Positions 19,968 to 29,181 of a stretch of DNA of 64,000 bases are shown piece by piece; position 1 is the stretch's first letter, and each line of letters starts with the position of its first letter. The translations under genes were made by a program, and so were the position numbers. The DNA is from Planctomycetota bacterium (GTDB lineage Bacteria > Planctomycetota > Phycisphaerae > WQYP01): assembly GCA_021852275.1 (NCBI GenBank), contig JAJZNX010000127.1, positions 9,423 to 73,422 of the forward strand, given 5' to 3'. The notes beneath the pieces were generated by a model, which was not told the DNA's origin, made no database searches, and saw only the letters and a program-made list of their open reading frames with translations.

Positions 19968-20690
19968 GTGACCACAACGCGAATTGTTTTCACGCTTGGG
20001 CTGCTTGGGGCCTGGCTAACCATTTCTCTGCCTGCGGCCAGCGCCAGCCATCTGGCCGTGCTGGATCTTAAACACATTCTGGAAAGCTTTCGCCGGATTC
20101 ACGGGCTTTCCATGCACTTTACCTGTCAAAAAAAACTCTCCGTTCTGAAACGGCCGTTTGTCAGCAGCGGATCCATTGCCATGATCCAGCCGGACCGGGT
20201 ACGTTTTACTACCCGCTGGCCTTACCGCAGTTGTTTTATCCTGCATGGTAACCGTGTGTATATGCGTACGCAGAACAATCGCCGCTGGCATGTTGGCAAA
20301 GGTTCACGCCAACAGGTAGTGCAACAGATCATGCAACAATTTGCCGGCTGGTCGCTGGGCCATGCGGAAGATATTTCCGGGGCATACCACGTTCAAAAAA
20401 ACGCCAGCCGTGTGGTGGTCCGGCCACCACCGCATGCGCCTCGGGCACAGTCTCAATTGCAACAAAGGCCTTTCCCGCATACTTTGCAGCTTTTTACCTT
20501 GATTCCCAAAAGCCGCACCGTGCGCCGGGCTGTTGGTGCCATTGAGTTGGGCTTTTCCGGCCGTCATCCGCAACTGCGTTACATTAAAATGCAGCTTGTG
20601 CATGGCAATAACAGTTGTTACTGGCTCACGGACATTCAAATAAATCCGCACTTTCCACCCGATGAATTTCAGCCGAAGGGGCCACCATGA
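19968..20690 (+). CDS. LolA-like outer-membrane lipoprotein carrier family protein (secreted)
   Basis: Signal peptide LPAASA/SH. The F.Q......L..P..S.G......P...R pattern (FTCQKKLSVLKRPFVSSGSIAMIQPDRVRF) is typical of the LolA fold. A 4-nt ATGA overlap joins it to the next gene. Confidence 0.6.
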   Translation: MTTTRIVFTLGLLGAWLTISLPAASASHLAVLDLKHILESFRRIHGLSMHFTCQKKLSVLKRPFVSSGSIAMIQPDRVRFTTRWPYRSCFILHGNRVYMRTQNNRRWHVGKGSRQQVVQQIMQQFAGWSLGHAEDISGAYHVQKNASRVVVRPPPHAPRAQSQLQQRPFPHTLQLFTLIPKSRTVRRAVGAIELGFSGRHPQLRYIKMQLVHGNNSCYWLTDIQINPHFPPDEFQPKGPP

Positions 20691-23221
20691 AATGGTGCGG
20701 GGTGCGTCAAAACTTTCTTGCAGTTCTTGAAGTGTTCATGAATAGCTGGTATGCACTGCTGGCGCGTCACCGTCTGACCTTAACCGTCGTTTTGCTGCTC
20801 ATGGCCGGTGTGTTTTCCTTTCTTTCCAGGGGCATTCACTGGCAGGTCAGTATCCTGCGGTTTTTCTCCACCAGAAGTTCCGCTGTTCGTGATGTAGCCT
20901 CAACACTGCATGGCACCAGGCTGGTCAACCGCATCCGCCTGGATGTTCACCTGGCAGATGCGGCCGGCACCGCCCGGCTAAACGCGGCTGTAAACGCACT
21001 GGTCGGCCAGTTACGCCGCACGGGTGATTTTCGCCACGTATGGGCCGGGGTTACCTTGGCACGGCTCATGGCTGCGCAAAAACATCTGCTGCAACTGGGG
21101 CCGGCACTGCTGTCACGCCGAGAGTTACGCATGGTGGAACATCGCGCCAATGCCGCATTTTTCCAGGCTCGCCTGGCTGGAGTTGCCCGTCGTCTGGCCC
21201 AACCCGGCGGGGAACTGGGGCTGGCCGAACTGGTTGATGATCCGCTGAATATGCAAAGCGTGCTGCGCCGGCAACTGCGCGGGGTCAACCCTGTTGCCGG
21301 GGCGCATTTTTCCCGCGGCTTGCTGCTCTCGGCCAATAGTGCGCACGCCATGATCGTGCTGACCCCCAACTTTCCACCGGCCAATACCCCGGCTTCCATC
21401 CGGATGATGGGTCGATTGCACGAGGCTATTGCCTCAGTCCGGCGGCAATTTCCCGCTCTGCGGGTATGGACGGTTGGTTCTTATCTGCACTATGCCGAAA
21501 ATGCCCAGGCCATTCGCAGCCAGGTTACCTGGGTTTCTCTGCTCGGCACGCTGTTGGTGGCGGGAGCCATCCTTCTTTTTTTTCGGCGCTGGAGCACACT
21601 TCTCATTTGCCTGTTGCCGCCAATGGTGGGACTGGGCCTGGCTTTGGGTGTGGCGGGTCTGCTGCACGCCCATTTGCCCCTGCTGGTGCTGGGATTTGCC
21701 GGATTGCTTTGTGGCTCCACAACCGATTACGGCATTCAATTGCTCTATGCTTTAAACCGCCATGCTGCGAAAGCCAAAGGGTGGCATCCGCGCTTGCCCG
21801 CGCAGGCCACGCGCGATCTGTTCGGTGCCATTTCCATGAGCGTTTGCACCAGTGTTACCGGCTATGCGGCGCTTTCGATCAGTTCCAGCCCGGGCCTGCG
21901 GGAACTGGGTTTGTTTATTGCCGGAGCCACAATCTGCATTTGGCTGGTCACATTTTTAGTTCTGCCCGGTTACTTTGGCCCCTGGTTAATTCGCTCCGTC
22001 ACAAAAAGCCGTTTGCCGGCTGCAATTTCTGGTTCAATCAGTCGTGCGTCGCGCTGGCTGTTTTACCTTGGTTCGGTGGGTTTTCTGGCGGTCAGCCTTT
22101 GGATGGCCACGGGTGCGGCCAAAATTACGTACAACTACCAGCCGCGTGGCCTTGACGATATCACCCCTCAAACCCGTGCCGCTGAAGCGCACTTTGCCGC
22201 TGTCTGGGGTGCGGCTAATCCGCAGGGCGTGGTGTTAATTCAGGAAAAATCCACGGCCAGGGCTCTGCTGCGCCTGCATGAAGTTACACGCATTTTACAA
22301 CAATTTAAGAACAGTGGCCTCATTGCCCGCTTCTACAGCCCGGCTGAGCTTTTGCCCGATTCTGCCACCATACATCGTCGTCTGGCGGCCTGGCAGGCAT
22401 TTTGGACTCCGACTCGCCAACAGCAATTTCGTGGCGATATTGCCCACGCTGCTGCCGTTGCCGGCATGCACGCTTCCGCCTGGAACCCATGGCTAAGCTC
22501 CCTGGCCCGGCCGCCGCACGTGCCGCCGGCGGCACTGCGCCTGGCAGATTCTCCCGTTGCTTTGCTGCCCGGGCTGATCGAATACAGCCCGAACCGTACC
22601 ACCATTGGCATTGCAGTCGTCCAGAATAAACATCTGCCGCAGCGCCGGCGCGGTGCGTGGGTCAGCATGCTGCGGCGGCAATCTGGCCACCTGGCCATCA
22701 TCGACGGCCAGGTACTCCTGTCTCACGCCACCGAGCGGGCCAAAGATCAAACGCTGCGGCTGTTTCCATGCGTTGTTCTCCTTATTCTGCTGCCGCTGTG
22801 GATGTACTTTCGTCGGCTTGATCTGGCCGCTCTGGCCTGTCTTTCCATGATCTTGGGTTTTGTGTGGCTTTTGGGGGCGGCTGAAAAATTCTGCGGCGGC
22901 TTGAATCTGATGAGCATGGTGCCGATTTTATTTACTATGGGCGTGGCGGTGGATTATGGCATTTATGCAGCCGGCGACCCCCGGCAGCAACATCCTGATG
23001 GCCAGCCCGATCGTCGCCTGGCCACCATGCTTTGCGCTTTAACCACCATTCTTGGAACCGGCGTTTTGGCCCTCCCCAGCCAGCCGGTATTGCGTTGGAT
23101 CGGTATAACGCTGGTGTTTGGAATTGCCGGCGGATATTTTACCTCGTTGTTTGTTGTCGGTCCGATGACCGGTTGGCTCTTTCGCCGAAAATCCTCCACC
23201 ACCCTTCGGAGATCGCCGTAA
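20687..23221 (+). CDS. MMPL/RND-superfamily exporter
   Basis: 844 aa with two blocks of ~6 TM helices, each preceded by a large soluble loop. Gly-rich TM blocks are typical of MMPL-type predicted exporters. It is translationally coupled on both sides. Confidence 0.75.
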   Translation: MKWCGVRQNFLAVLEVFMNSWYALLARHRLTLTVVLLLMAGVFSFLSRGIHWQVSILRFFSTRSSAVRDVASTLHGTRLVNRIRLDVHLADAAGTARLNAAVNALVGQLRRTGDFRHVWAGVTLARLMAAQKHLLQLGPALLSRRELRMVEHRANAAFFQARLAGVARRLAQPGGELGLAELVDDPLNMQSVLRRQLRGVNPVAGAHFSRGLLLSANSAHAMIVLTPNFPPANTPASIRMMGRLHEAIASVRRQFPALRVWTVGSYLHYAENAQAIRSQVTWVSLLGTLLVAGAILLFFRRWSTLLICLLPPMVGLGLALGVAGLLHAHLPLLVLGFAGLLCGSTTDYGIQLLYALNRHAAKAKGWHPRLPAQATRDLFGAISMSVCTSVTGYAALSISSSPGLRELGLFIAGATICIWLVTFLVLPGYFGPWLIRSVTKSRLPAAISGSISRASRWLFYLGSVGFLAVSLWMATGAAKITYNYQPRGLDDITPQTRAAEAHFAAVWGAANPQGVVLIQEKSTARALLRLHEVTRILQQFKNSGLIARFYSPAELLPDSATIHRRLAAWQAFWTPTRQQQFRGDIAHAAAVAGMHASAWNPWLSSLARPPHVPPAALRLADSPVALLPGLIEYSPNRTTIGIAVVQNKHLPQRRRGAWVSMLRRQSGHLAIIDGQVLLSHATERAKDQTLRLFPCVVLLILLPLWMYFRRLDLAALACLSMILGFVWLLGAAEKFCGGLNLMSMVPILFTMGVAVDYGIYAAGDPRQQHPDGQPDRRLATMLCALTTILGTGVLALPSQPVLRWIGITLVFGIAGGYFTSLFVVGPMTGWLFRRKSSTTLRRSP

Positions 23222-23949
23222 TGCCGCAATACAAAAAATGGATGCCGGCAATCCGCCGCAACTGGTGCGCTCCATTCCTTCACCAGTCGCTCATCAGCGC
23301 TGTTGCAGTGGGCCTGATGATGCTGGTGGGTTGTATTTCCAGGACGGTACCGGCTTTGCCGACGCTGCCGTCCGCTGGCCGCCACACACCCGCCTTCGCC
23401 GCTGTGGCCCATTTTCTTTCGCACATGCCGGCCCGCTGTCGGCGCACTTTTTATGCCACGCTTAAATTACCGCATCAACAGATATCCATGATTGGGCGGT
23501 TAAACCTGATTTCCGCCACCAGCTTTCAACTTACCGCGGCGGATGAATTTGGCCGGCTGCTTTTTCTGGTGCACCGTCGGCCGTCGCATCCCGATCTGGT
23601 ACAGGCTGCCGCCGGTATTCCGCATCGGCTTGCTCTTGCCCTGGCGCAGGATGTCGTCATTGCCCTGTTGCCGCCGGTACGCCGTTCGCCCCGCTCTGTA
23701 TGGCGAGTGGTTCCCAATCTTCACGCGATGCGGCTATCCTACGTCGATGAATTGGGAAATGTTCACCACGGCCTGTTTACCGGCCGGCAAGGTCATTTAC
23801 GTCGTGCCGATATTATTTTGACCAGCCATCAGCGCCTGCAGGTTCTCTATACCCGTTATAATGCCGCGGGACACCCACTCAGGATCTATCTCCGCCAGCG
23901 CCATAAGGGCTGGCTGCTGATACTGGATTTTACCGGGAGCCATGAATGA
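23221..23949 (+). CDS. Lipoprotein (DUF3261-like candidate)
   Basis: ATG 23221 overlaps the MMPL stop (TAATG). Signal sequence with lipobox MMLVGC. Size (~240 aa) and position after LolA-like + MMPL resemble the small lipoprotein of aryl-polyene-type export modules. Confidence 0.6.
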   Translation: MPQYKKWMPAIRRNWCAPFLHQSLISAVAVGLMMLVGCISRTVPALPTLPSAGRHTPAFAAVAHFLSHMPARCRRTFYATLKLPHQQISMIGRLNLISATSFQLTAADEFGRLLFLVHRRPSHPDLVQAAAGIPHRLALALAQDVVIALLPPVRRSPRSVWRVVPNLHAMRLSYVDELGNVHHGLFTGRQGHLRRADIILTSHQRLQVLYTRYNAAGHPLRIYLRQRHKGWLLILDFTGSHE

Positions 23950-25274
23950 GCCGTCCACCTGCCCGCCGAAAACTACCGCGATCCACCGTGGTACCCGTAT
24001 GTCCCGACGGCGCGTGTCTGTTCTGGCCCGTTTCACGCTGGCAGGCGTTGCAGCAGCGATTACTGGCGCGGCACCTCGCCTACGTCGACCGCAGCCCGCT
24101 TTATGCCGGCCGAATTCTTCGCACCGGACGCGGCGGGTTGCCTCATCTGGCGAGCCTGCCCACCACCAGCAGAGAGCAATTAATGCAGGCCGGAAGCCGC
24201 GCCTATGCGTGTGCGCCGGACGCAGTGCGTGAGTGGGTAACAACTTCCGGTACCACGGGAAAACCGCTGCGTGTGCCCTTGACCGCAGCAGATCTGCATC
24301 GCCTTGGCGTTAATGAAGCTGTGGCCTTAAATATTGCCGGTATCAATGCTGGCGATACCCTCTTGATTGCGGTGGCTTTTGATCGGATGTTTGTCGCCGG
24401 ACTTGCCTACTGGCTTGGTGCCCAGCGACTGGGAGCCGCTTGCGTGCGGGCCGGACCAACTTATGCCACCGATGCTTCCGCCCTGGCGGCGCTGGTGGCG
24501 GACTATCGCCGGCCTTTTCTTCTGACGGTGCCCTCGCTGCTGGCTGGTTCGCTGACTGGTGCGGATACGCCACCGGAACTTGCTGCCATTATCAGCATTG
24601 CCGAGCCGGTGCGGCGAGCTGATCTTTCGCCCAATGCTCTTTCTACCCGGCTGGGGCAGTACTTTCATGCCCCGGTCCTGAGCACCTGCGCCGCCACGGA
24701 AACCTGCACCACTTTTGCCGAGGGGCCGCAATGCCGGGGCGGACACCTGAATCCACGCCTGGCCGTGGTGGAAATTCTCGATCCCGAGGGCCAGCCGGTG
24801 CCGAATGGTAAAACCGGAGAGGTGGTGGTAACGCCTTTGGGCGTACAGGGCATGCCGCTGCTGCGTTTTCGTACCGGGGACCTGGCGGCACTGTCCACCG
24901 ACCCGTGTACGTGTGGACGCACCACACCCCGCCTGGGACCGGTGGTCGCACGGAAGCAGCAGCGACTGAAAGTGGGCGGCGTAAGTCTGTTCCCCGGCAC
25001 CATCTCCGAATGGCTGCAAGGTGTTACCGCTGTGGCCGATTTTCTTATTGTGGCCCAGCAGGATTTTGACCTAAGCGACCGCATTACGCTGCACGTGACG
25101 CTGCATCGCAGTACCGAAAGCCTCCGGCAGCGCATCAGGCAGCAGGCCCGAACCATCCTGCGATCTCCGGCCAATATCATTTTTACTTCCGCGCAGGCGG
25201 TCCGGGAACTCCAACGGCAGGCCAATCCGCGAAAACCCACACGGTTTTGGGATTTGCGCCCGCCGCAGATTTAG
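23946..25274 (+). CDS. Adenylate-forming enzyme, phenylacetate-CoA ligase (PaaK)/coenzyme F390 synthetase-like
   Basis: TSGTTGKPLRVP adenylation P-loop and ~440-aa PaaK-like size. The C-terminal small domain has RFRTGD. A 4-nt ATGA overlap joins it to the upstream lipoprotein gene. Confidence 0.8.
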   Translation: MSRPPARRKLPRSTVVPVCPDGACLFWPVSRWQALQQRLLARHLAYVDRSPLYAGRILRTGRGGLPHLASLPTTSREQLMQAGSRAYACAPDAVREWVTTSGTTGKPLRVPLTAADLHRLGVNEAVALNIAGINAGDTLLIAVAFDRMFVAGLAYWLGAQRLGAACVRAGPTYATDASALAALVADYRRPFLLTVPSLLAGSLTGADTPPELAAIISIAEPVRRADLSPNALSTRLGQYFHAPVLSTCAATETCTTFAEGPQCRGGHLNPRLAVVEILDPEGQPVPNGKTGEVVVTPLGVQGMPLLRFRTGDLAALSTDPCTCGRTTPRLGPVVARKQQRLKVGGVSLFPGTISEWLQGVTAVADFLIVAQQDFDLSDRITLHVTLHRSTESLRQRIRQQARTILRSPANIIFTSAQAVRELQRQANPRKPTRFWDLRPPQI

Positions 25275-25275
25275 C

Positions 25276-25304
25276 GGCCTGGCAAAAATAAAATCTTCCA
25301 GGCC
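25276..25304. terminator. Hairpin between convergent genes (possible bidirectional terminator)
   Basis: GGCCTGG-(15 nt A/T-rich loop)-CCAGGCC, directly after the ligase stop and upstream of the helicase stop. The loop is large and the T-tract weak. Confidence 0.25.
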
Positions 25305-25418
25305 CATCCTGCCTGCCATCACATTGGGGATGGGCGTCTTGCCCGCAGTGCCCTCAAGTCAATCCCTCAGCACGTAGTTGCCGTGACTATCCCGCCATCC
25401 GCCCGTAACTGCTCGTGT

Positions 25419-27902
25419 TCACCGATCCAGTGGTTCGAGATTGGCCATGGCGGTTACCATTGTTTTCAATCCGCAGGACTGAAAATTCACACGTACCCGC
25501 TGGCTTGGCCCCGCAGACAATACTTCTTCAATGCGCCCCAACCCGAATTTGGCGTGGCGCACCAGCAAGCCCCGCCGATATCCCGTGCGGTGCGGTGAGC
25601 TTCCATTGCTTGCAGGCTCCGACTGCGAAGCCGGGGCGTGGATTCTGGGGCCGCCGTTGCTGTCACCCCATGAACCTGCCGAAACCGCATGAAAAGCAAG
25701 GTCCCGCGTTTGCAGACATTCCGGCGGTAGTTCGCCCAGAAACAGCGACGGTTTCTGCCGTTCAATTTGCCCCCGTACCATGCGTGATTCCACGCAGGTT
25801 AAAATCAGTTTTCGCATGGCCCGGGTGATGCCCACAAATGCCAGGCGCCGTTCCTCTTCCATGTCGCGTCGGCTATCGGGACCGCTGAATGCCCGTTGGT
25901 GCGGCAGCAAACCGTCTTCCAGGCCGATCATCACCACCAGTGGAAATTCCAATCCCTTGGCGGCATGAAGCGTCATCAGGGTAACTGCGCCGGATCCTTC
26001 CTTGAGCCGGTCCACATCGGACACCAGAGCCACCTGTTCCAGATATTCCTGCAGCGAACCACCCGGATTACGAATATCAAATTCGGTGGCCACGTTTATT
26101 AATTCGTCAACGTTGGCGTTAATTTCTTCATCGTCGGGACTGGTCTTGCGCTTCTGGCGAAAGCCCGCCTCGTTAACCACTTTTTCCATCAGATCGCGGA
26201 TGCTCATGGACTCAGACGCGGCATGGGGGCTGTCGGTGGTGGGTGGCTGATCATCTACCGCATCGGCATGATCCGCCTGGGCGGCAGCGCCAGGAGGTTC
26301 TGGTTCACCGGCTTCGTATTCATACTCTTCCGTATCGTCTGGGTTAAGCTGGCCTTGCGCGAATTGAGCCAACGCCGGATCAAAAAGCGGATCTGCATTC
26401 GGGGCCAAATCCGATGAAGCCGCAGTGCTATCATGGTCAGCAGCGGAAGCCGGAGCTTCCCGATTCGATGTATCCTTTCGCCAGGAATCAAACTGCCCGG
26501 CCAATTTGCGGCAGGTATCGGCAACCTTCATGGATAGCTCCGGAACTTCCCTGGCTCTGGCGCAGGCTTCCAGTAACGTGATTCCGTGCTGCGCGGCAAA
26601 AGCGGAAAGCCGGGTTACGGTGCTTTCCCCGATTCCGCGCGGCGGCACATTGATGATGCGTTCAAAGCTTACCGCATCGCGCGGATTGGCAATAACCTTC
26701 AAATACGCCAGCACATCTTTGACTTCCTTGCGCCCGTAGAATTCTGTGCCGCGCACAATCTGGTAGGGCACCCCTGCCGTCATCAGCGCATCTTCCACCA
26801 CCCGCGAAAGGGCATTGGTACGGTAGAAAATCGCCATTTTATCCCACGTCAGGCCGCTTTCCCGCCGTGCAGCCTGCAACATCTGCACGACCTCCTGCGC
26901 TTCGTGATGCTGATCGCGGGCATGAACCACGGTTATTTTTTCACCCGATTCATTTTCGGTCCAGAGATCCTTCTTTTTACGACCCCGATTGTTTTCAATC
27001 AGGGCGGAGGCGGCTTTGAGTATTATCTTGGTGCTGCGATAGTTTTGCTCCAGCCGTACCACCTTGGCACCGGGGAAAAATTCTTCAAATTCCAGAATGT
27101 TTTGAATGTCCGCTCCACGCCAGCCATAAATGGATTGATCCGGATCTCCGGTCGCACAGATATTTTTGTGGTTCATCGCCAGCATGTGGGCAATGACAAA
27201 CTGTGCCTTATTGGTGTCCTGGTATTCGTCAATCAGGATGTACCCGTACCTTTCCTGCAGTTGACCGCGGGCTTCCGCGTTGTCGCGCAGCAGAATCGCC
27301 GTTTTTACCAGCAGGTCATCAAAATCCACCATGCCGGCGGCTTTGAGCATTTCTTCATAGCATACGTATGCCCGGGCCATGCCCTTGTCAAAAAAACTTA
27401 CCGCTTTGGCCGTTACCTGGGCCGGACCTTGCAGGTTATTTTTAGCCCGGCTTATCTGCCCCTGCACGGCATTGGGATTGAAATTTTCTGGCGAGAGTCC
27501 GACTTTGGCCAGTACCTGTTTGAACAGTTTCGTTTGATCCGCAGAATCCAATATGCCAAAACCGGGGGGCAGGCCCGCAGCCTGGCCATATTGACGCAAT
27601 ATTCTCACGCAAAGGCTGTGAAAGGTACTTACCAGCACCCGTTCTCCCGGCCGGCCGGGCATATCCGCCAGTAAGGCCATGGTGCGGGTTTTCATTTCCG
27701 CCGCCGCCTTGTTGGTGAAGGTAACCGCTACGATGTTCCATGGCGGCAGACCCTGGGCCACCATGTACGCGATGCGCCGTGTAATAACCCGGGTTTTGCC
27801 TGAACCCGCACCCGCCAGCACCAGCAAGGGTCCGTCAATATGTGTAACGGCCTCAATTTGCGGCTCTGTGAGATCCGTGAGTATCTGTTCAATGTTCGCC
27901 AA
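25419..27902 (-). CDS. UvrD/PcrA/Rep family ATP-dependent DNA helicase (with acidic low-complexity insertion)
   Basis: LLVLAGAGSGKTRV (motif I), LIDEYQDTN (motif II), QNYRST, TLHAAKGLEFPLV, and VGITRA. A GGAG lies 7 nt before TTG 27902; the ORF track opens at ATG 27986. Confidence 0.92.
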   Translation of the reverse strand: MANIEQILTDLTEPQIEAVTHIDGPLLVLAGAGSGKTRVITRRIAYMVAQGLPPWNIVAVTFTNKAAAEMKTRTMALLADMPGRPGERVLVSTFHSLCVRILRQYGQAAGLPPGFGILDSADQTKLFKQVLAKVGLSPENFNPNAVQGQISRAKNNLQGPAQVTAKAVSFFDKGMARAYVCYEEMLKAAGMVDFDDLLVKTAILLRDNAEARGQLQERYGYILIDEYQDTNKAQFVIAHMLAMNHKNICATGDPDQSIYGWRGADIQNILEFEEFFPGAKVVRLEQNYRSTKIILKAASALIENNRGRKKKDLWTENESGEKITVVHARDQHHEAQEVVQMLQAARRESGLTWDKMAIFYRTNALSRVVEDALMTAGVPYQIVRGTEFYGRKEVKDVLAYLKVIANPRDAVSFERIINVPPRGIGESTVTRLSAFAAQHGITLLEACARAREVPELSMKVADTCRKLAGQFDSWRKDTSNREAPASAADHDSTAASSDLAPNADPLFDPALAQFAQGQLNPDDTEEYEYEAGEPEPPGAAAQADHADAVDDQPPTTDSPHAASESMSIRDLMEKVVNEAGFRQKRKTSPDDEEINANVDELINVATEFDIRNPGGSLQEYLEQVALVSDVDRLKEGSGAVTLMTLHAAKGLEFPLVVMIGLEDGLLPHQRAFSGPDSRRDMEEERRLAFVGITRAMRKLILTCVESRMVRGQIERQKPSLFLGELPPECLQTRDLAFHAVSAGSWGDSNGGPRIHAPASQSEPASNGSSPHRTGYRRGLLVRHAKFGLGRIEEVLSAGPSQRVRVNFQSCGLKTMVTAMANLEPLDR

Positions 27903-28085
27903 TATGCTGCTCCTGCATTGCCTGTCCGTGGGCTGCCCGCTTCCCCGGTCGCGCCGCGCCGGGCCAAACTCATAATTATAACACATTCATCTAAGTTGCT
28001 CGCCGGGCAGCGAACAAAGACCGGCGCAGCCGGATAAGTGGTGATGTTTTTTTAATTTGGTCGCGATGCTCGGAGGAAGATCCGG

Positions 28086-29015
28086 TTAAACCAGCGGCCG
28101 ACCTGCCAATCGTTCCAGCACGCGCAGCGGGGACTGCTGCGGCCGGGCCATCGCCTCCACCGGCAAAAGATAAGTTTGCTCCAGCAGATATTGGCCGGCA
28201 TCTACCGCATGGAGAACTTCATCCGTAAAGCAGATCCACGTACTATGCGCGGGAAAACTAAAGCTGTATTGGGTGGCATGCTTTTGATATTCATCGTCCA
28301 GCTTGCCGGCATCATGAAGGGCGAGCATGTAATGGTCATAATCGGTTCGCCAGGATCGGGTAACACGCAACAAATACATCAGTTCGCGGCTGCCCACCAC
28401 GGGCCGCTTGAGCCGCGGCAGAAATTTTGCCGCGAAGCTGGGAAATGGCTCGCCAATACGCCAATCCCTCCCTTTCCCTTCCGGATTGACGTTGCAAAAT
28501 ACACGGATGATACGTTTGCCGCCCGATGGCCGGGCCGGAAAGGAATCCGGATGTAGCCGGGTATCATCCTTGGTAACCTTGGTTGGCCGCCCCTTAATTT
28601 CGACCGGGCGAAAGCTGGTGCGGCCGCGGATCAGGCCCAGAGCATACGTAGGCAGCAAGTTGTGCATAAGGCTGCGCGTGGCATCGGCATAGCGCTGCAG
28701 CAGTGCTGCTAACTCATCACGGATGGCCGAATCGCCCTTCATACCGCGGATACTCTTGTTGGAAGCGTCGTAACTGATGTTTTTAGCGCTGCCATTACTC
28801 CAAACGGGGGTGAGAAACTTTTTCTCCGCTTCACGAAACGTAAAATCAAGCTGCGGTAAAAAGACCACTTGGCCATTTTCCATGGCGGCCAATGCCGCAG
28901 TGCGATCTTCCGGGCCTAATTCCGCAGTCCAGCTCTTGGCACCAACGCTTACCAGGCAATCCATGTTGCAACTCCACACCAGATCAACCGGTACAGTGTA
29001 GCATCGGTTGGCCAT
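28086..29015 (-). CDS. Kdo hydroxylase (KdoO)-like Fe(II)/2-oxoglutarate-dependent dioxygenase family protein
   Basis: MENGQVVFLPQLDFTFREAEKKFLTP...SAKNISYD and LHPDSFPARPSGGKRIIRVFCNVNP resemble my recollection of KdoO/DUF2843 proteins. The ORF opens at 29243, but that start would overlap the divergent SDR gene, so I use ATG 29015 (ATG 28964 is also possible). Confidence 0.55.
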   Translation of the reverse strand: MANRCYTVPVDLVWSCNMDCLVSVGAKSWTAELGPEDRTAALAAMENGQVVFLPQLDFTFREAEKKFLTPVWSNGSAKNISYDASNKSIRGMKGDSAIRDELAALLQRYADATRSLMHNLLPTYALGLIRGRTSFRPVEIKGRPTKVTKDDTRLHPDSFPARPSGGKRIIRVFCNVNPEGKGRDWRIGEPFPSFAAKFLPRLKRPVVGSRELMYLLRVTRSWRTDYDHYMLALHDAGKLDDEYQKHATQYSFSFPAHSTWICFTDEVLHAVDAGQYLLEQTYLLPVEAMARPQQSPLRVLERLAGRPLV

Positions 29016-29181
29016 GGCGCAAACTGTTCCCAACCCGGCGGTGCCGGTATGGTAACATTGCCATTTGCACCCCAAAGCGGATAGAGTAGTGCACAGGAAT
29101 GGCGGGTGACCGGAGAATCCGGGCCGGTGCTGCGACGGTTGCGGTGCCGAACTTCCCGCGAATCCATGACAGGAGCGAACC

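Noticed and set aside
25282-25295. GGCAAAAATAAAATC after the ligase gene resembles the GCGCAAAAATAAATTC core of the repeat TIR, so it could be a solo TIR.
   Set aside because: The match is only ~11 nt (GCAAAAATAAA) and the flanking GGGACCG part is absent. It is more simply the A/T-rich loop of a local hairpin.
26586-27674. Several long antisense shadow ORFs of 240-380 aa, for example 210-938(-), 26586-27674(+), 39317-40453(-), 43131-44105(-), 52138-53115(-), and 59256-60092(-).
   Set aside because: Each lies fully inside and opposite to a gene with clear family motifs (ActF-like gene, UvrD, condensation-like gene, HrpB, XylA, Mqn). Their translations are Arg/Gly/His/Pro-rich with no recognisable motifs, which is typical of shadow frames in GC-rich DNA.
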